DNA of 64,000 nucleotides from a virus: the IMG/VR virus record IMGVR_UViG_3300042868_005520, positions 49,198 through 113,197 of that record; one strand, given 5' to 3'. The notes below the pieces were generated by a model. It saw nothing but the letters and a program-made list of their open reading frames with translations, was not told where the DNA came from and made no database searches. Position 1 is the stretch's first letter; every line of letters starts with the position of its first letter. Positions 36,854 through 46,709 of this stretch are shown in pieces. Both the position numbers and the translations under genes were made by a program.

Positions 36854-36882
36854 TTGTAAAACCCCTATATTTCATGTACAAT
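36854..36882 (+). promoter_or_regulatory. sigma70 promoter, leaderless
   Basis: TTGTAA-17-TACAAT, ATG 6 nt downstream. Confidence 0.7.
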
Positions 36883-36888
36883 TTGGGT

Positions 36889-39258
36889 ATGTCGAATACT
36901 TCGCTCGTCTCTACCTCGTCCGCACCTAATGCCGCCAAGTCTACGCTTGCGCGACTGCTTGCCGCTGAAAATATTACTGTTTCACATGAGCGCGTTGAAA
37001 CCGCGTCATTCGATTTGAAGTCGCGCCAATTGCGTCTGCCTATGTGGTCAGGTGCATCGGTGCAGTTGTACGATATGTTGGTTGGTCACGAAGTGGCTCA
37101 TGCACTTTGGACTCCTGCACAGGGATGGCGTGATGGCATTGATTCCATTACTGCTGCTACGGGTTGCCCTCGCAAGACTGCACAGTCGTATTTGAATATT
37201 GTTGAAGACGCTCGTATTGAGCGGCTCATGCAGCAGAAGTTCCGTGGCTTGCGTTCAGACTTTCTTTCAGGCTACAAGACGCTGAATGATCGCGGCTTCT
37301 TTGGTAATGTTTCAAATCCTAATTCACTGTGCTTTGCTGACCGCGTGAACCTCAATTTTAAATTGGGCGTGTACCTTGGCACCGCTGTGCGCTTTACCGC
37401 TGCCGAAGCCCCGCTTGTTGCTCGTGTTGAAGCACTCACTACTTGGGAAGAGGTTGTTGCTGTGGCTCAGGACATGATTCTGCTTTCACAACAGGAGCAG
37501 GAGCAGAAGGAAGAGCAAGAGCAGAACGAGCAGCCGCAGCCACAGGACAGCACCGAAGACGGCGAAGACGGTGACGCTGATAGTGAAACCACTACTACAG
37601 CACAGGGCGAGACTGAAGCCGAAGGCGAGAACGCCGATGCGGAAGAGTCTACTGTGGGTGATGACTCAGACTCTGATGGCGAAGACGGTGAAGCCACCGA
37701 TGAAGCCGATGACAGTAGCACAGACGGCGAAGGTGGCGAGAGCGGTGCTGGCAAGGGTACGCCGAAGTCCGACAAGACTCCTGCACCAAAGCCCGAAGCC
37801 GAAATGCCAACCACGAACGAGTCTATGGAAAAGGCTTTGAGTGATATGGCTAAGGGTGACGCACATGAGATTGGCGAAGTGGTTCGCGTTGAAGTGCCAG
37901 CGGCAAACTCCACCACTGTGGACTACAAGGCAATCATTCAGATCATGCGCGAGTGCGAAATGGCTCAAGTCATGGGCAAGCCTGTTCGTATCTCGGACTA
38001 CACCACTGCCGCTGTGGCAATGGCAAATGCTTTTAATCGCCGCAAGGCAGCGGATCAGTGGCGCAGAACTTCAACTGCAAAGACGGGTTCATTGGATACT
38101 CTCCGTATGAATCAGTACAAGTGGAATGAAGACATTTTCCGCCGTACCACCCGCATTGCAGACGGCAAGAATCACGGCATCGTGATCATGCTTGATTGGT
38201 CGGGTTCAATGAGCGGCATCATGCAGTCCACTATGGGGCAGTTGTTTATTCTTGCAGACTTCTGCCGCAAGACGGGTGTGCCGTTCGAAGTGTACGCGTT
38301 CACTGATGGCTTGTTCTCGAATCTCAAGGAGCACTATTCACAGGCGGCTCAGGACGAGCGCAATGCAAAGGATCGTGACGAGGCAGCAGCAGCGGATAAG
38401 CGTACTACAAATGTTACGCGCATCACTATGCTCAATCTCCTGTCAAGCCGCATGAGCGGTGCAGACTACGAAGCCATGAAGTCGTGCCTGTGGAATTGGC
38501 GCAGAATGGGTTCGGTTGATCACCGCTTTGCACTGAACGGTACGCCAACCACCTCGGCACTTATTGCTGGCGCAGATTTGGTTTCTGCATTCATTAAGCG
38601 TACAGGTGTGCAGATTGCCCATACGATTGTTCTCACTGATGGTGAGCCAACGGATCAGATTCGTTTCAACGGCTCCAAGTGGGATCGCGAAACAGGTTCG
38701 TCATGCGCTTCGCACAATCGGATTGTTGTACTGATGGATCCACAGACGGGTGCATCGTATGACCTGAACACCATGTACAAGCGTGGTGCACAGAACAAGT
38801 ACGGCTACTCCACTCAGACTGATGAACTCCACCAGTTTGGATCGGTTGCGATTTCACCGAAGGGTCATACCCACTCAATGATTGCAGTGGACATGATTCG
38901 CCGCCGCACGGGTTCCAAGGTGCATTGGATTGGATTGAATGACGGGTCTTCGCGCACCATTACAGCGGAGCGGTTCAACATGACTGCTGCACCGAAGAGC
39001 GATTGGAAGCGTGATGGTTTCATTCGTGGTGCAGTGGCAGGTTGGGATAGTGCTGTAGTGATTGACGCTTCGCGTTTCATGCGCGAGTCGAACGGCGAAG
39101 TAAGCACCACTGCTCGTAACCTGATGGACAAGGCAGACGAGAAGATGGACAAGGCAACAACGAACCGCGCCCTGACGAATGCATTCATTGATTCGCAGAT
39201 TGCACAGGGATCGCTCCGCACTGTTGCGAATATTGTTGGCGAATATTTGGCTGTTTAA
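36889..39258 (+). CDS. CobT-like metallopeptidase + acidic linker + VWA domain
   Basis: GHEVAH, NIVEDARIE, MIDAS DWSGS, GTPT, TDG. Confidence 0.85.
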   Translation: MSNTSLVSTSSAPNAAKSTLARLLAAENITVSHERVETASFDLKSRQLRLPMWSGASVQLYDMLVGHEVAHALWTPAQGWRDGIDSITAATGCPRKTAQSYLNIVEDARIERLMQQKFRGLRSDFLSGYKTLNDRGFFGNVSNPNSLCFADRVNLNFKLGVYLGTAVRFTAAEAPLVARVEALTTWEEVVAVAQDMILLSQQEQEQKEEQEQNEQPQPQDSTEDGEDGDADSETTTTAQGETEAEGENADAEESTVGDDSDSDGEDGEATDEADDSSTDGEGGESGAGKGTPKSDKTPAPKPEAEMPTTNESMEKALSDMAKGDAHEIGEVVRVEVPAANSTTVDYKAIIQIMRECEMAQVMGKPVRISDYTTAAVAMANAFNRRKAADQWRRTSTAKTGSLDTLRMNQYKWNEDIFRRTTRIADGKNHGIVIMLDWSGSMSGIMQSTMGQLFILADFCRKTGVPFEVYAFTDGLFSNLKEHYSQAAQDERNAKDRDEAAAADKRTTNVTRITMLNLLSSRMSGADYEAMKSCLWNWRRMGSVDHRFALNGTPTTSALIAGADLVSAFIKRTGVQIAHTIVLTDGEPTDQIRFNGSKWDRETGSSCASHNRIVVLMDPQTGASYDLNTMYKRGAQNKYGYSTQTDELHQFGSVAISPKGHTHSMIAVDMIRRRTGSKVHWIGLNDGSSRTITAERFNMTAAPKSDWKRDGFIRGAVAGWDSAVVIDASRFMRESNGEVSTTARNLMDKADEKMDKATTNRALTNAFIDSQIAQGSLRTVANIVGEYLAV

Positions 39259-39365
39259 TAGAATAAATGTAAACCCTCACCCCACAAGGGGTTAAGTACA
39301 GTATTATTGGACACTAATTGTGAAAAAGCCTGTGATCACAGGCAGATTGTGATATAATAAATCTC

Positions 39366-40709
39366 GTGAAGAACTCCTCTTTTATCGTTTCGTCTACCCA
39401 ACACGCCTTTATCGTTGCCGTGCGTCCATACCTCGCGCAACACGGAATCACTGATGCCAAGACAGGCGGCTTGATTCCATTCGCTGCGTTTACTCTTGCT
39501 GCGAAGTCTGCGGGTTACTCTGCTGTTCCTGCATGGTGCATGACCGCAGACCGCAAGAGTGGTCGCGGTGTTTACCGTATCGCTGAACTGTTTGCAACCG
39601 ATTCGCAATTCACCATTACCGAAGTGAAGCGCGGTCGACCAGCAGGTTCAAAGAACCTTGGCAAGACTGCCAAGACTGTTAAGTCTGTTAAATCCATTAA
39701 GTCCACTCTCAAGGAGATTACCGCAAAGACCCCTACCCTCGCTCCTGTTGTGCAGTCATGCACTGCCGTGGCAATGACCACTGGCATTTCCACTGCTGAA
39801 CTCGCTCGTGCAATGTCGCACGGTGAAAGCGAAACCTTTACCCCTGCTGCTGATCCCAACTACATTGCGTGGGGTTACCACAACGAAATCAAGAAGGTGA
39901 TTAAGTCGAAGTCGTTCTGCCCTGTGTTCATCACAGGTATGAGCGGTAACGGCAAGACCACTATGGTGGAGCAGATCTGCGCTGATCTTGATCGTGAATG
40001 CGTTCGCGTGAACTTTACCGCTGCAACGGACGAAGACGAACTGCTTGGTGGTTTCCGTCTTATTGCTGGCGAAACAAAGTTCGTGCCTGGTCCCGTGCTT
40101 GTTGCAATGGAACGCGGTGCTGTTCTTCTGTTGGATGAAGTGGATCTTGGTGGTCACCTCATCATGTGCTTGCAGTCTGTGCTTGAAGGCAAGGGCAAGT
40201 TTATTCCGAAGATCGGCAAGTATGTGCGTCCTGCAAAGGGATTCACGATTGTTGCCACTGCCAATACAAAGGGCAAGGGCAGCGATGACGGTCGATTCGC
40301 AGGAACGAACATTCTTAATGAAGCGTTCTTGGATCGCTTCGCGTTCACCTACGAGCAGGACTATGCAGACCCGAAGATCGAGAAGAAGATTCTCGCGAAG
40401 TTTGCGGGTTCTGTTGGTGTTGAGGACGATGCATTCGTTGAGAATCTCGTGCAGTGGGCTGATATCATTCGCAAGTCGTTCAAGCAACAGGTCGTGAGTG
40501 AAATCATTACGACTCGCCGCTTGCGCGATATCGTGTTTGCGTACTCTGTGTTCGGCTGCAAGATGACTGCCATTCAGCGTTGCGTTGCGCGGTTCGATGA
40601 ATCCACGAAGGATTCGTTCACGCAGTTCTACACAAAGATTGATGCGGACGCACAGATGCCGCAGCCTGTTGATGCTCCTGCTGCGGACTCCACGAAGTGC
40701 CCTTTCTAA
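39366..40709 (+). CDS. cobS: CobS/MoxR-family AAA+ ATPase with N-terminal extension and AT-hook
   Basis: GMSGNGKT, LLLDEVD, ATANTKGKG, EAFLDRF, TRRL. Confidence 0.85.
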   Translation: MKNSSFIVSSTQHAFIVAVRPYLAQHGITDAKTGGLIPFAAFTLAAKSAGYSAVPAWCMTADRKSGRGVYRIAELFATDSQFTITEVKRGRPAGSKNLGKTAKTVKSVKSIKSTLKEITAKTPTLAPVVQSCTAVAMTTGISTAELARAMSHGESETFTPAADPNYIAWGYHNEIKKVIKSKSFCPVFITGMSGNGKTTMVEQICADLDRECVRVNFTAATDEDELLGGFRLIAGETKFVPGPVLVAMERGAVLLLDEVDLGGHLIMCLQSVLEGKGKFIPKIGKYVRPAKGFTIVATANTKGKGSDDGRFAGTNILNEAFLDRFAFTYEQDYADPKIEKKILAKFAGSVGVEDDAFVENLVQWADIIRKSFKQQVVSEIITTRRLRDIVFAYSVFGCKMTAIQRCVARFDESTKDSFTQFYTKIDADAQMPQPVDAPAADSTKCPF

Positions 40710-40729
40710 ACTAAAGGAAATACGCCCAT

Positions 40730-41080
40730 ATGTCCACACCACAAAAACATTTCCCCGAAGGAGCCTTTCGTGCACTATACGACCTACCGCTCACTACAGG
40801 AATTGATCAAGTACACCGATGCGGTGTTGCGTTTCCAAACGGATACCAAATCTCTATTGTGTACGGTCGCGCACTGTACAGCCGTGAGGCTGGCACTGAA
40901 GAGAACTTCCAAAGCACCTTTGCCCCTGACCAATGGGCAGACCGCGTAGAGGTGGCAATCATTGCACCTGACAGCACATTCGTTACTTTCCAAAACGGCG
41001 AACAAGTAAAAGGTTACGCCACTGTTACTGAACTACTCCAAATCGTAAATTGGGTAGCCGCACTTCCTCTCACTAAATAA
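40730..41080 (+). CDS. hypothetical protein
   Basis: FPNGYQISIV...EVAI...VKGY pattern common in phage early proteins. Confidence 0.6.
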   Translation: MSTPQKHFPEGAFRALYDLPLTTGIDQVHRCGVAFPNGYQISIVYGRALYSREAGTEENFQSTFAPDQWADRVEVAIIAPDSTFVTFQNGEQVKGYATVTELLQIVNWVAALPLTK

Positions 41081-41088
41081 GGACTCAC

Positions 41089-41469
41089 ATGACTAATCTC
41101 AACACCAACTCGTTTCCCCTGCTCGCCTCGTACACTCCAGGACAGATTGAATTCATTAAGTTCCTGCAAGCAAATCGTTTAACTCTTACCGTGTACGACA
41201 CCTGCACTGTGAACCGCAAGGATCTTGTGGAACTCCTGAAGAAGTCTGTGTACATTGCTGTTCCCGCGTGGATTGCTGCAAAGCGTGAACGCCGCGCAGG
41301 ACGAGGCAATTATTTCATTCCTGAAATTGCTGCTGACATTACTACGCTCACTGTGAACGCAAACCATCGTGGTCGCAAGGCAGGATCACCAAACAAGAAG
41401 GGTCGTGCAAGCGCACCTGCTCCTGTTACGCCTCCTGCTCCTGCTCCGCAACTTGTTGCCTCGCTCTAA
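41089..41469 (+). CDS. stand-alone paralog of CobS N-terminal domain
   Basis: YIAVPAWI...RAGRGNYFI; RGRKAGSPN. Confidence 0.65.
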   Translation: MTNLNTNSFPLLASYTPGQIEFIKFLQANRLTLTVYDTCTVNRKDLVELLKKSVYIAVPAWIAAKRERRAGRGNYFIPEIAADITTLTVNANHRGRKAGSPNKKGRASAPAPVTPPAPAPQLVASL

Positions 41470-41486
41470 TAAAAGGATTCACTCTT

Positions 41487-41738
41487 ATGCCATTCTCAAC
41501 CATTACCCAACGCATTCACCACTCGCAGACCCTTGTGCTGAAGGGAATCATTGCAGAACAAGAACGCGAGATCTCACGCCTACGCCGCATGATTCTAGGA
41601 AAGACCTCTGAGTCACAGATTCGTGAACCCGCACCTCGCGACACCACTCGCGACACCTTGTCGGGAGAGCGTGACTACGGCATAGGGGGTGATGAATGGA
41701 GAAACCCCAACACAGGCATTGATGACTGGCGCGATTAA
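41487..41738 (+). CDS. hypothetical protein
   Basis: SD AAGGA; in operon. Confidence 0.55.
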   Translation: MPFSTITQRIHHSQTLVLKGIIAEQEREISRLRRMILGKTSESQIREPAPRDTTRDTLSGERDYGIGGDEWRNPNTGIDDWRD

Positions 41739-41744
41739 ATAATT

Positions 41745-41818
41745 GTTCCTGTAACTCAGCAGGATAGAGTAGCCCCCTTCTAAGGGGCAAGTCAGTGGTT
41801 CGAATCCACTCAGGAACG
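41745..41818 (+). tRNA. tRNA-Arg(UCU)
   Basis: GTTCCTG/CAGGAAC acceptor; GCCCC-CTTCTAA-GGGGC; TTCGAAT; no encoded CCA. Confidence 0.93.
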
Positions 41819-41827
41819 CTAAACACC

Positions 41828-42037
41828 ATGCACACGAACTACACAACTATTAAATGTGGATCTGTTCTACTGTGGAAGAGTGGGTGCAATACCCCCACTG
41901 CCACGCTGTGCCGCAATGCGCTCTCCGCTGTTGTATACGGGGACGAGGTTGTGGTAGCCAATACGAACGGCTCCACTACCGTTTACCGTATCACCCCATC
42001 ACGCACTAGTGCTTACCCCCTTCGCACACTTCACTAA
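41828..42037 (+). CDS. hypothetical protein
   Basis: ORF following tRNA. Confidence 0.5.
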   Translation: MHTNYTTIKCGSVLLWKSGCNTPTATLCRNALSAVVYGDEVVVANTNGSTTVYRITPSRTSAYPLRTLH

Positions 42038-42048
42038 GAGGCTACACC

Positions 42049-42195
42049 ATGTCACTCTCCACACAATACTTTACTGAACTCGAAACCCAATACATTAATT
42101 GGAGTGAATTTGAAAGGAGTATTCGCTCTGATGCACCACCTGATGAGGACGATGAGCACGAGCCGCTTCCCCATGAGGAAGACGAGGATGACTAA
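42049..42195 (+). CDS. 48-aa acidic peptide
   Basis: SD GAGG; tail DEDDEHEPLPHEEDEDD. Confidence 0.5.
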   Translation: MSLSTQYFTELETQYINWSEFERSIRSDAPPDEDDEHEPLPHEEDEDD

Positions 42196-42241
42196 ATACA
42201 ACTGTAGCCGCTGGTGATTCGTTCGCCACCCGCTACAAGTG

Positions 42242-42273
42242 CCCACTCTCGCTACGCGGGGGTGGGTTTTTTT
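42242..42273 (+). terminator. terminator
   Basis: CCCACTCTCGC-TAC-GCGGGGGTGGG followed by T7. Confidence 0.85.
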
Positions 42274-42650
42274 ATATCTGCGCTTTCGCTCACGCGCTCA
42301 CGCGATCAAAAAACAGTGTATGGCGAATTGTGGTGGGGCTTTACGGTCGCGTTAGCCGCTTCCAACCCAACCGCCCTCTAACCTTTTTAAATAATCGCGG
42401 TGGGTATCTCCGCCCTGTAGCCTTTTAAAATATTCGCGGTGGACTACAGTAGTTCTCTAAATGATTCTCAACAACTCTTTGAGTGTGCTGCCCATAGTAA
42501 AACACTTACGGGTGGAAACGCCGAACGCTGTCCCCCTATGCCGAAAAAAAAAAAATCGGGTTGGGTATGAGAGCACCTCCAAACCTTTTAAAATATTGGA
42601 ATGGGGTACGCCTCTATTGCATCTCCTGCACACCGTGATACAATAAGGGC

Positions 42651-43070
42651 ATGACATCGCCCCACACCGTTGGAGTACGCGCCATGTATGTGCCGCAAGA
42701 CATTCGATACCAAATGCACGGCGTGGTGCTGCCTGAACTCCACAAGACCCTTCCCGCCATGTACGCTCTCATTGGCTGCTCCTTCGTGGAGCGGGTGTCC
42801 TGCCTCCTACTGCCCATGAGCCGCCTGTGGGTGGACGAGGAAGGCGGCTTGCAGCAGATGGAGTTTGCGGGCAGACGCGCACCTCAATTAAATGTACGAG
42901 CCTCTATACTTGCAGGACAGCGTATATGGGGAAATGTAATTGTGTGCGGTGAAGACATTAACGGCACAATGCGGAATTTAGAAATCCAAAAAGAGGACGA
43001 GGTTTTGGATATTATTCAACTAAGCGCAGAAGAACTTGTTTTTGAACGCATCGCAGGGAACCCTAAATGA
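42651..43070 (+). CDS. DUF3846-like protein
   Basis: WVDEEG...LNVRAS.L....I.GNV; leaderless promoter 42617-42644. Confidence 0.6.
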   Translation: MTSPHTVGVRAMYVPQDIRYQMHGVVLPELHKTLPAMYALIGCSFVERVSCLLLPMSRLWVDEEGGLQQMEFAGRRAPQLNVRASILAGQRIWGNVIVCGEDINGTMRNLEIQKEDEVLDIIQLSAEELVFERIAGNPK

Positions 43071-43375
43071 ATCCATATAAAAATAACGGCACAAGAACAG
43101 CAATGCATCTACACCATCCCGCATTCGGCACGGTGGAGTTTGCGTGGGACAGCAGCGATTGGATTGTGGTATGCTTTCATTCTGCGGACGCAACGCGAGT
43201 CCCCTCTATAAAGGTACTCTTTAGTAACTTTTATAATGAAAAACCAATGACTGTTGAGAAGGCGATGGGCAGGAGTATATGGAATGCTCTGTCTACAGCG
43301 GAATTGCGTTGGAATGGAACACTAGCACCTTGTGCCCCTTCGCGTCTTTCGGCACTACATGAAGCCACCGCATGA
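43067..43375 (+). CDS. hypothetical protein
   Basis: ATGA overlap. Confidence 0.55.
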   Translation: MNPYKNNGTRTAMHLHHPAFGTVEFAWDSSDWIVVCFHSADATRVPSIKVLFSNFYNEKPMTVEKAMGRSIWNALSTAELRWNGTLAPCAPSRLSALHEATA

Positions 43376-43703
43376 GCAGTGCTGCACTCTACCTCTTGCC
43401 CCTATTCGCCCTGTTCACAGGCACATTTGCCGTTGTCCTGTGGATCGCCCTGCTGTGGGATGCCGCAACAGGTATTAACCCCGCACCCCGTTCACGAAAG
43501 AAAAATAAAGCATGACTAATTTTATAAGTTTTGTTGCTCTCATGGCTACCCTTGTAGTTGGGCTTGCACTACTCTCGCTTGCGTTTGCCGTTGTAGTGGG
43601 AATTGCCCTTCGCGCATTCCGAGGAAACGCATGAGCAGGTGATTCATTAATTAAATTGTTTCGTCTCCTCCCACCCACACCACTCTTACAGAAAAAAAAT
43701 AAA

Positions 43704-43979
43704 ATGAACACCAAGAATATTCGCGAAAGCCTGACCGCTATTGAAGAAGTAATGTTTCTGATTGACTCCCGTCACCTTGAAGCCAACACCGAAGAAGAAT
43801 TCTGTGATATGTACACCGCACTAAGTGAAGCACTGGCTACGCTGAAGAGCGAGACAGGCGTGACCACTGCGGACGATGCGTTCGGTGAGCACATGGAGGC
43901 TATTGGTGTGTTCGAGCCTATGGATACACCCATAGGTGCATTGGAAGGCTATCGAAGCATTGAGCGGGGTTCCTCATGA
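43704..43979 (+). CDS. acidic hypothetical protein
   Basis: Overlaps next ATG. Confidence 0.55.
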   Translation: MNTKNIRESLTAIEEVMFLIDSRHLEANTEEEFCDMYTALSEALATLKSETGVTTADDAFGEHMEAIGVFEPMDTPIGALEGYRSIERGSS

Positions 43980-44536
43980 GCGCGTGTACCTACTTCATTG
44001 GATGCACTCACTTTGGTCACGAAGCCATGTACCGCTTTCTTCGTGCGGACGGCACACGGGTTCGTCCGTGGGCTTCGGCAGCAGAGGGTGATGCGGTAAT
44101 GGCGGCAAAGTGGAACAACACCGTTTCCAAGGGAGACAAGGTGTATGTGATGGGTGATGTGGCGTTCACACCGAAAGATTTAAAAATCCTTGGGTACTTG
44201 AACGGCACAAAGATTCTAATCAAAGGCAACCACGATACTCTGCAACTCTCGCAGTACGCAAAATATTTTAAAGATGTTCGTGCGTACCACAAATTGGATA
44301 ATGAAATTCTTTCGCATATTCCAATTCATCCCGTGTCTCTATGGAGAGCAAAACGGAATGCTTCTTGGCTAAATATTCACGCACATCTTCATGCCGAAGA
44401 AGTAATGCTTGCCGAAGGAGTGGTAGATCTACGATATTTCTCTTGCTGTGTGGAGAGAATCGGATACACTCCTATTAGTATTGATGAGATCAGAAACCGT
44501 GTTGCGGCACTTCACCACAAGGAATCCAATGTCTGA
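43976..44536 (+). CDS. calcineurin-like metallophosphoesterase
   Basis: CTHFGH, MGDV, KGNHD, SHIP, HAHLH. Confidence 0.85.
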   Translation: MSACTYFIGCTHFGHEAMYRFLRADGTRVRPWASAAEGDAVMAAKWNNTVSKGDKVYVMGDVAFTPKDLKILGYLNGTKILIKGNHDTLQLSQYAKYFKDVRAYHKLDNEILSHIPIHPVSLWRAKRNASWLNIHAHLHAEEVMLAEGVVDLRYFSCCVERIGYTPISIDEIRNRVAALHHKESNV

Positions 44537-44768
44537 TTTATTTGTCGGAGACAATGATCACGGTGATGCAGTTCCGCCTACTGATGTTCTACTGCAAATG
44601 ATTAAACTACTCCGTGAGGATGTTGTGCAACTTGCCTATGAACTCAACGAACTCCAAGCGTTACATAAACACAATGAATCTGTAGCAAAGAGTTACGAAA
44701 AGATTGCCACCAAATATCATGCCACTCTTGAGAAGTTAGCACAGGAAGAAAGCACCAATGAGAATTAA
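44529..44768 (+). CDS. coiled-coil hypothetical protein
   Basis: SD AAGGA. Confidence 0.5.
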   Translation: MSDLFVGDNDHGDAVPPTDVLLQMIKLLREDVVQLAYELNELQALHKHNESVAKSYEKIATKYHATLEKLAQEESTNEN

Positions 44769-44958
44769 GCCACCCACACTCGGAGAAAAGATTGCCATGA
44801 CACTAACAAACGACAACGCTCCAATTAATGATGCATCCACTCTTGTGGCTCGTCTTGAGGAACACTCAGACTTTGCCAATAAAGTAATGCGGGATCTCCT
44901 GCGTGAAGCATCAGATCGAATTCAGCAATTGGAAAAGTCTACTACCCCTGCCGTCTAA
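44758..44958 (+). CDS. hypothetical protein
   Basis: LLREASDRIQQLE motif. Confidence 0.5.
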   Translation: MRIKPPTLGEKIAMTLTNDNAPINDASTLVARLEEHSDFANKVMRDLLREASDRIQQLEKSTTPAV

Positions 44959-44978
44959 ATATGTGCTAGAGGGCTAAT

Positions 44979-45365
44979 ATGAAATTTAATTCCACCAAAT
45001 ATAAAAATATAGGCGAAGCGTGTTGGAAAGGCTATACAGCCAAAGGCACAAAACTTAAAGGTGGTCGGCAAGTGCCCAACTGCGTTCCCGTACAAGAAGC
45101 CTCTCCTGCGTGGCAGCGCAAGGCAGGAAAGAACCCTGAAGGCGGCTTGAACGCGGCAGGGGTGGCTTCGTATCGCCGTGCCAATCCAGGCTCCAAACTA
45201 CAGACCGCAGTAACAACTCCTCCTTCCAAACTAGAACCAGGCTCCAAGGCAGCAAAACGCCGAAAGTCGTTCTGTGCGCGTATGGGGGGTATGCCTGGTC
45301 CAATGAAGGATGAAAATGGAAAACCCACAAGAAAAGCCTTGTCGTTGCGTAAATGGAATTGTTGA
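44979..45365 (+). CDS. DUF6321-like basic protein with CWKGY...VPNCV module
   Basis: AWQRKAGKNPEGGLN...RRKSFCARM...SLRKWNC; TAAATA upstream. Confidence 0.75.
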   Translation: MKFNSTKYKNIGEACWKGYTAKGTKLKGGRQVPNCVPVQEASPAWQRKAGKNPEGGLNAAGVASYRRANPGSKLQTAVTTPPSKLEPGSKAAKRRKSFCARMGGMPGPMKDENGKPTRKALSLRKWNC

Positions 45366-45384
45366 ATTTGGTACATAGAAGACT

Positions 45385-46461
45385 ATGGCAATACTAAAAA
45401 ACTACAATCCCACCGTTCACGACATTCATACTTACTCACCCGAAGCAACACTCACACCACTTGTTGGTGGTGAGCAGAGGGGATTCAACCCTGCTTGTCA
45501 GGGAGCAGCAGTTGATTGGTCAGGAGTCTCTCTGCGTCCTCGTGCATTTGCGCGAGAGTATTCTAAATTACTAAGAGGCAATCTTACCACTCCATATGTT
45601 GCGGAGAACATAAATTTTTGGAACACCAGCAATCCTGCTGCTGTTCTTATCTCGCCGAAACACGCACTCATCTGCGAACACTATCGTGGCGCAGGGCGAC
45701 CTGTTGGCGAAAATGAAGTCTATACATTCTTAGGAAAATCAGGAACTCGGCATTCGCGAAGAGTTATAAAGGTAACTTTTGCAATTGCCCCTGACCACAC
45801 CCTATTAGAGTTTGAATCGGCATTCCCTGCGGATGTTTGCGTTTACGATCATATCGCCGATGCGCGATATATTCCACTCAAACACCCTGTGTGGGTACAC
45901 GACTGTCAAGGCAGGGCATACAAAATGTCAATGGACAAATCCTTTGTGAGCAATGCTGATGTGTGCAGCGGGTTTGGTGTTATGCCAATCATGGACGGTG
46001 TTAATGACGGCGCACAGGCTGGCGGATGGGTGGTTATTTGGGGTGGTGATTCAGGCAGTCCTGCATTCGTTATTGATGAAGCAGGACATACTGTATTCGT
46101 TGGACTAATGAACGGCGGGATGCAGGTAAACGCTCCTGAGATTCGTGCAATTAATTCCGAACTCAAACCACACGGTTATACAGTAACTCATGTGAAATTG
46201 TCTTCTAAGATTGAAGACTTGAATGATGACGGTAAAGTTGATGGTGCAGACTTGGCAGCACTGCTTGGTGCATGGGGCAATGGAAACATCTTCATGGATC
46301 TCAATGGAGACGGCAAAGTAGATGGATCCGATCTTGCTCAACTGCAAGCAGCATGGGGTGCGTACACAATGTCTCGAAATGTTCCCGTACCAATCCCTGT
46401 TGTGGCACCACCAACATCACCAATAAATAAAAGTGGAAGAGGACAAAATAAAAGAGGATGA
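45385..46461 (+). CDS. trypsin-like protease with two dockerin-like repeats
   Basis: LISPKHALICEH, DHTLL, GDSGSP; DLNDDGKVDGADLAALLGAWG and DLNGDGKVDGSDL. Confidence 0.75.
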   Translation: MAILKNYNPTVHDIHTYSPEATLTPLVGGEQRGFNPACQGAAVDWSGVSLRPRAFAREYSKLLRGNLTTPYVAENINFWNTSNPAAVLISPKHALICEHYRGAGRPVGENEVYTFLGKSGTRHSRRVIKVTFAIAPDHTLLEFESAFPADVCVYDHIADARYIPLKHPVWVHDCQGRAYKMSMDKSFVSNADVCSGFGVMPIMDGVNDGAQAGGWVVIWGGDSGSPAFVIDEAGHTVFVGLMNGGMQVNAPEIRAINSELKPHGYTVTHVKLSSKIEDLNDDGKVDGADLAALLGAWGNGNIFMDLNGDGKVDGSDLAQLQAAWGAYTMSRNVPVPIPVVAPPTSPINKSGRGQNKRG

Positions 46462-46475
46462 AAGATATATAATAG

Positions 46476-46596
46476 TGTCATCGGGGCGGTGGCGTGACAG
46501 TGCGAACTATTACGCTACTCATGCGTTGCGGGAACTTCGCTACCTGTTGACCTTCAGAGACTAGGGGGGGAAGCCGAAAGGCTTCCTCCTCACTTT
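46476..46596 (+). ncRNA. candidate small structured RNA
   Basis: TATATA upstream, long hairpin GTGGCGTGA/TTACGCTAC, terminal GAAA hairpin, no plausible protein-coding ORF. Confidence 0.4.
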
Positions 46597-46709
46597 GAAA
46601 TAATCGTTCCAAAGAATTCAATCTGAATACTTAAAACCACCTAGGGGTCTATCTGACCACTAGATAATGCACCCCCTCAATTCCGAGGGATTTTTGAAAG
46701 GAGCGTCTG

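Noticed and set aside
39756-40775. 339-aa antisense ORF (and many other antisense ORFs in the track)
   Set aside because: Shadow of the well-supported CobS gene; no independent signals
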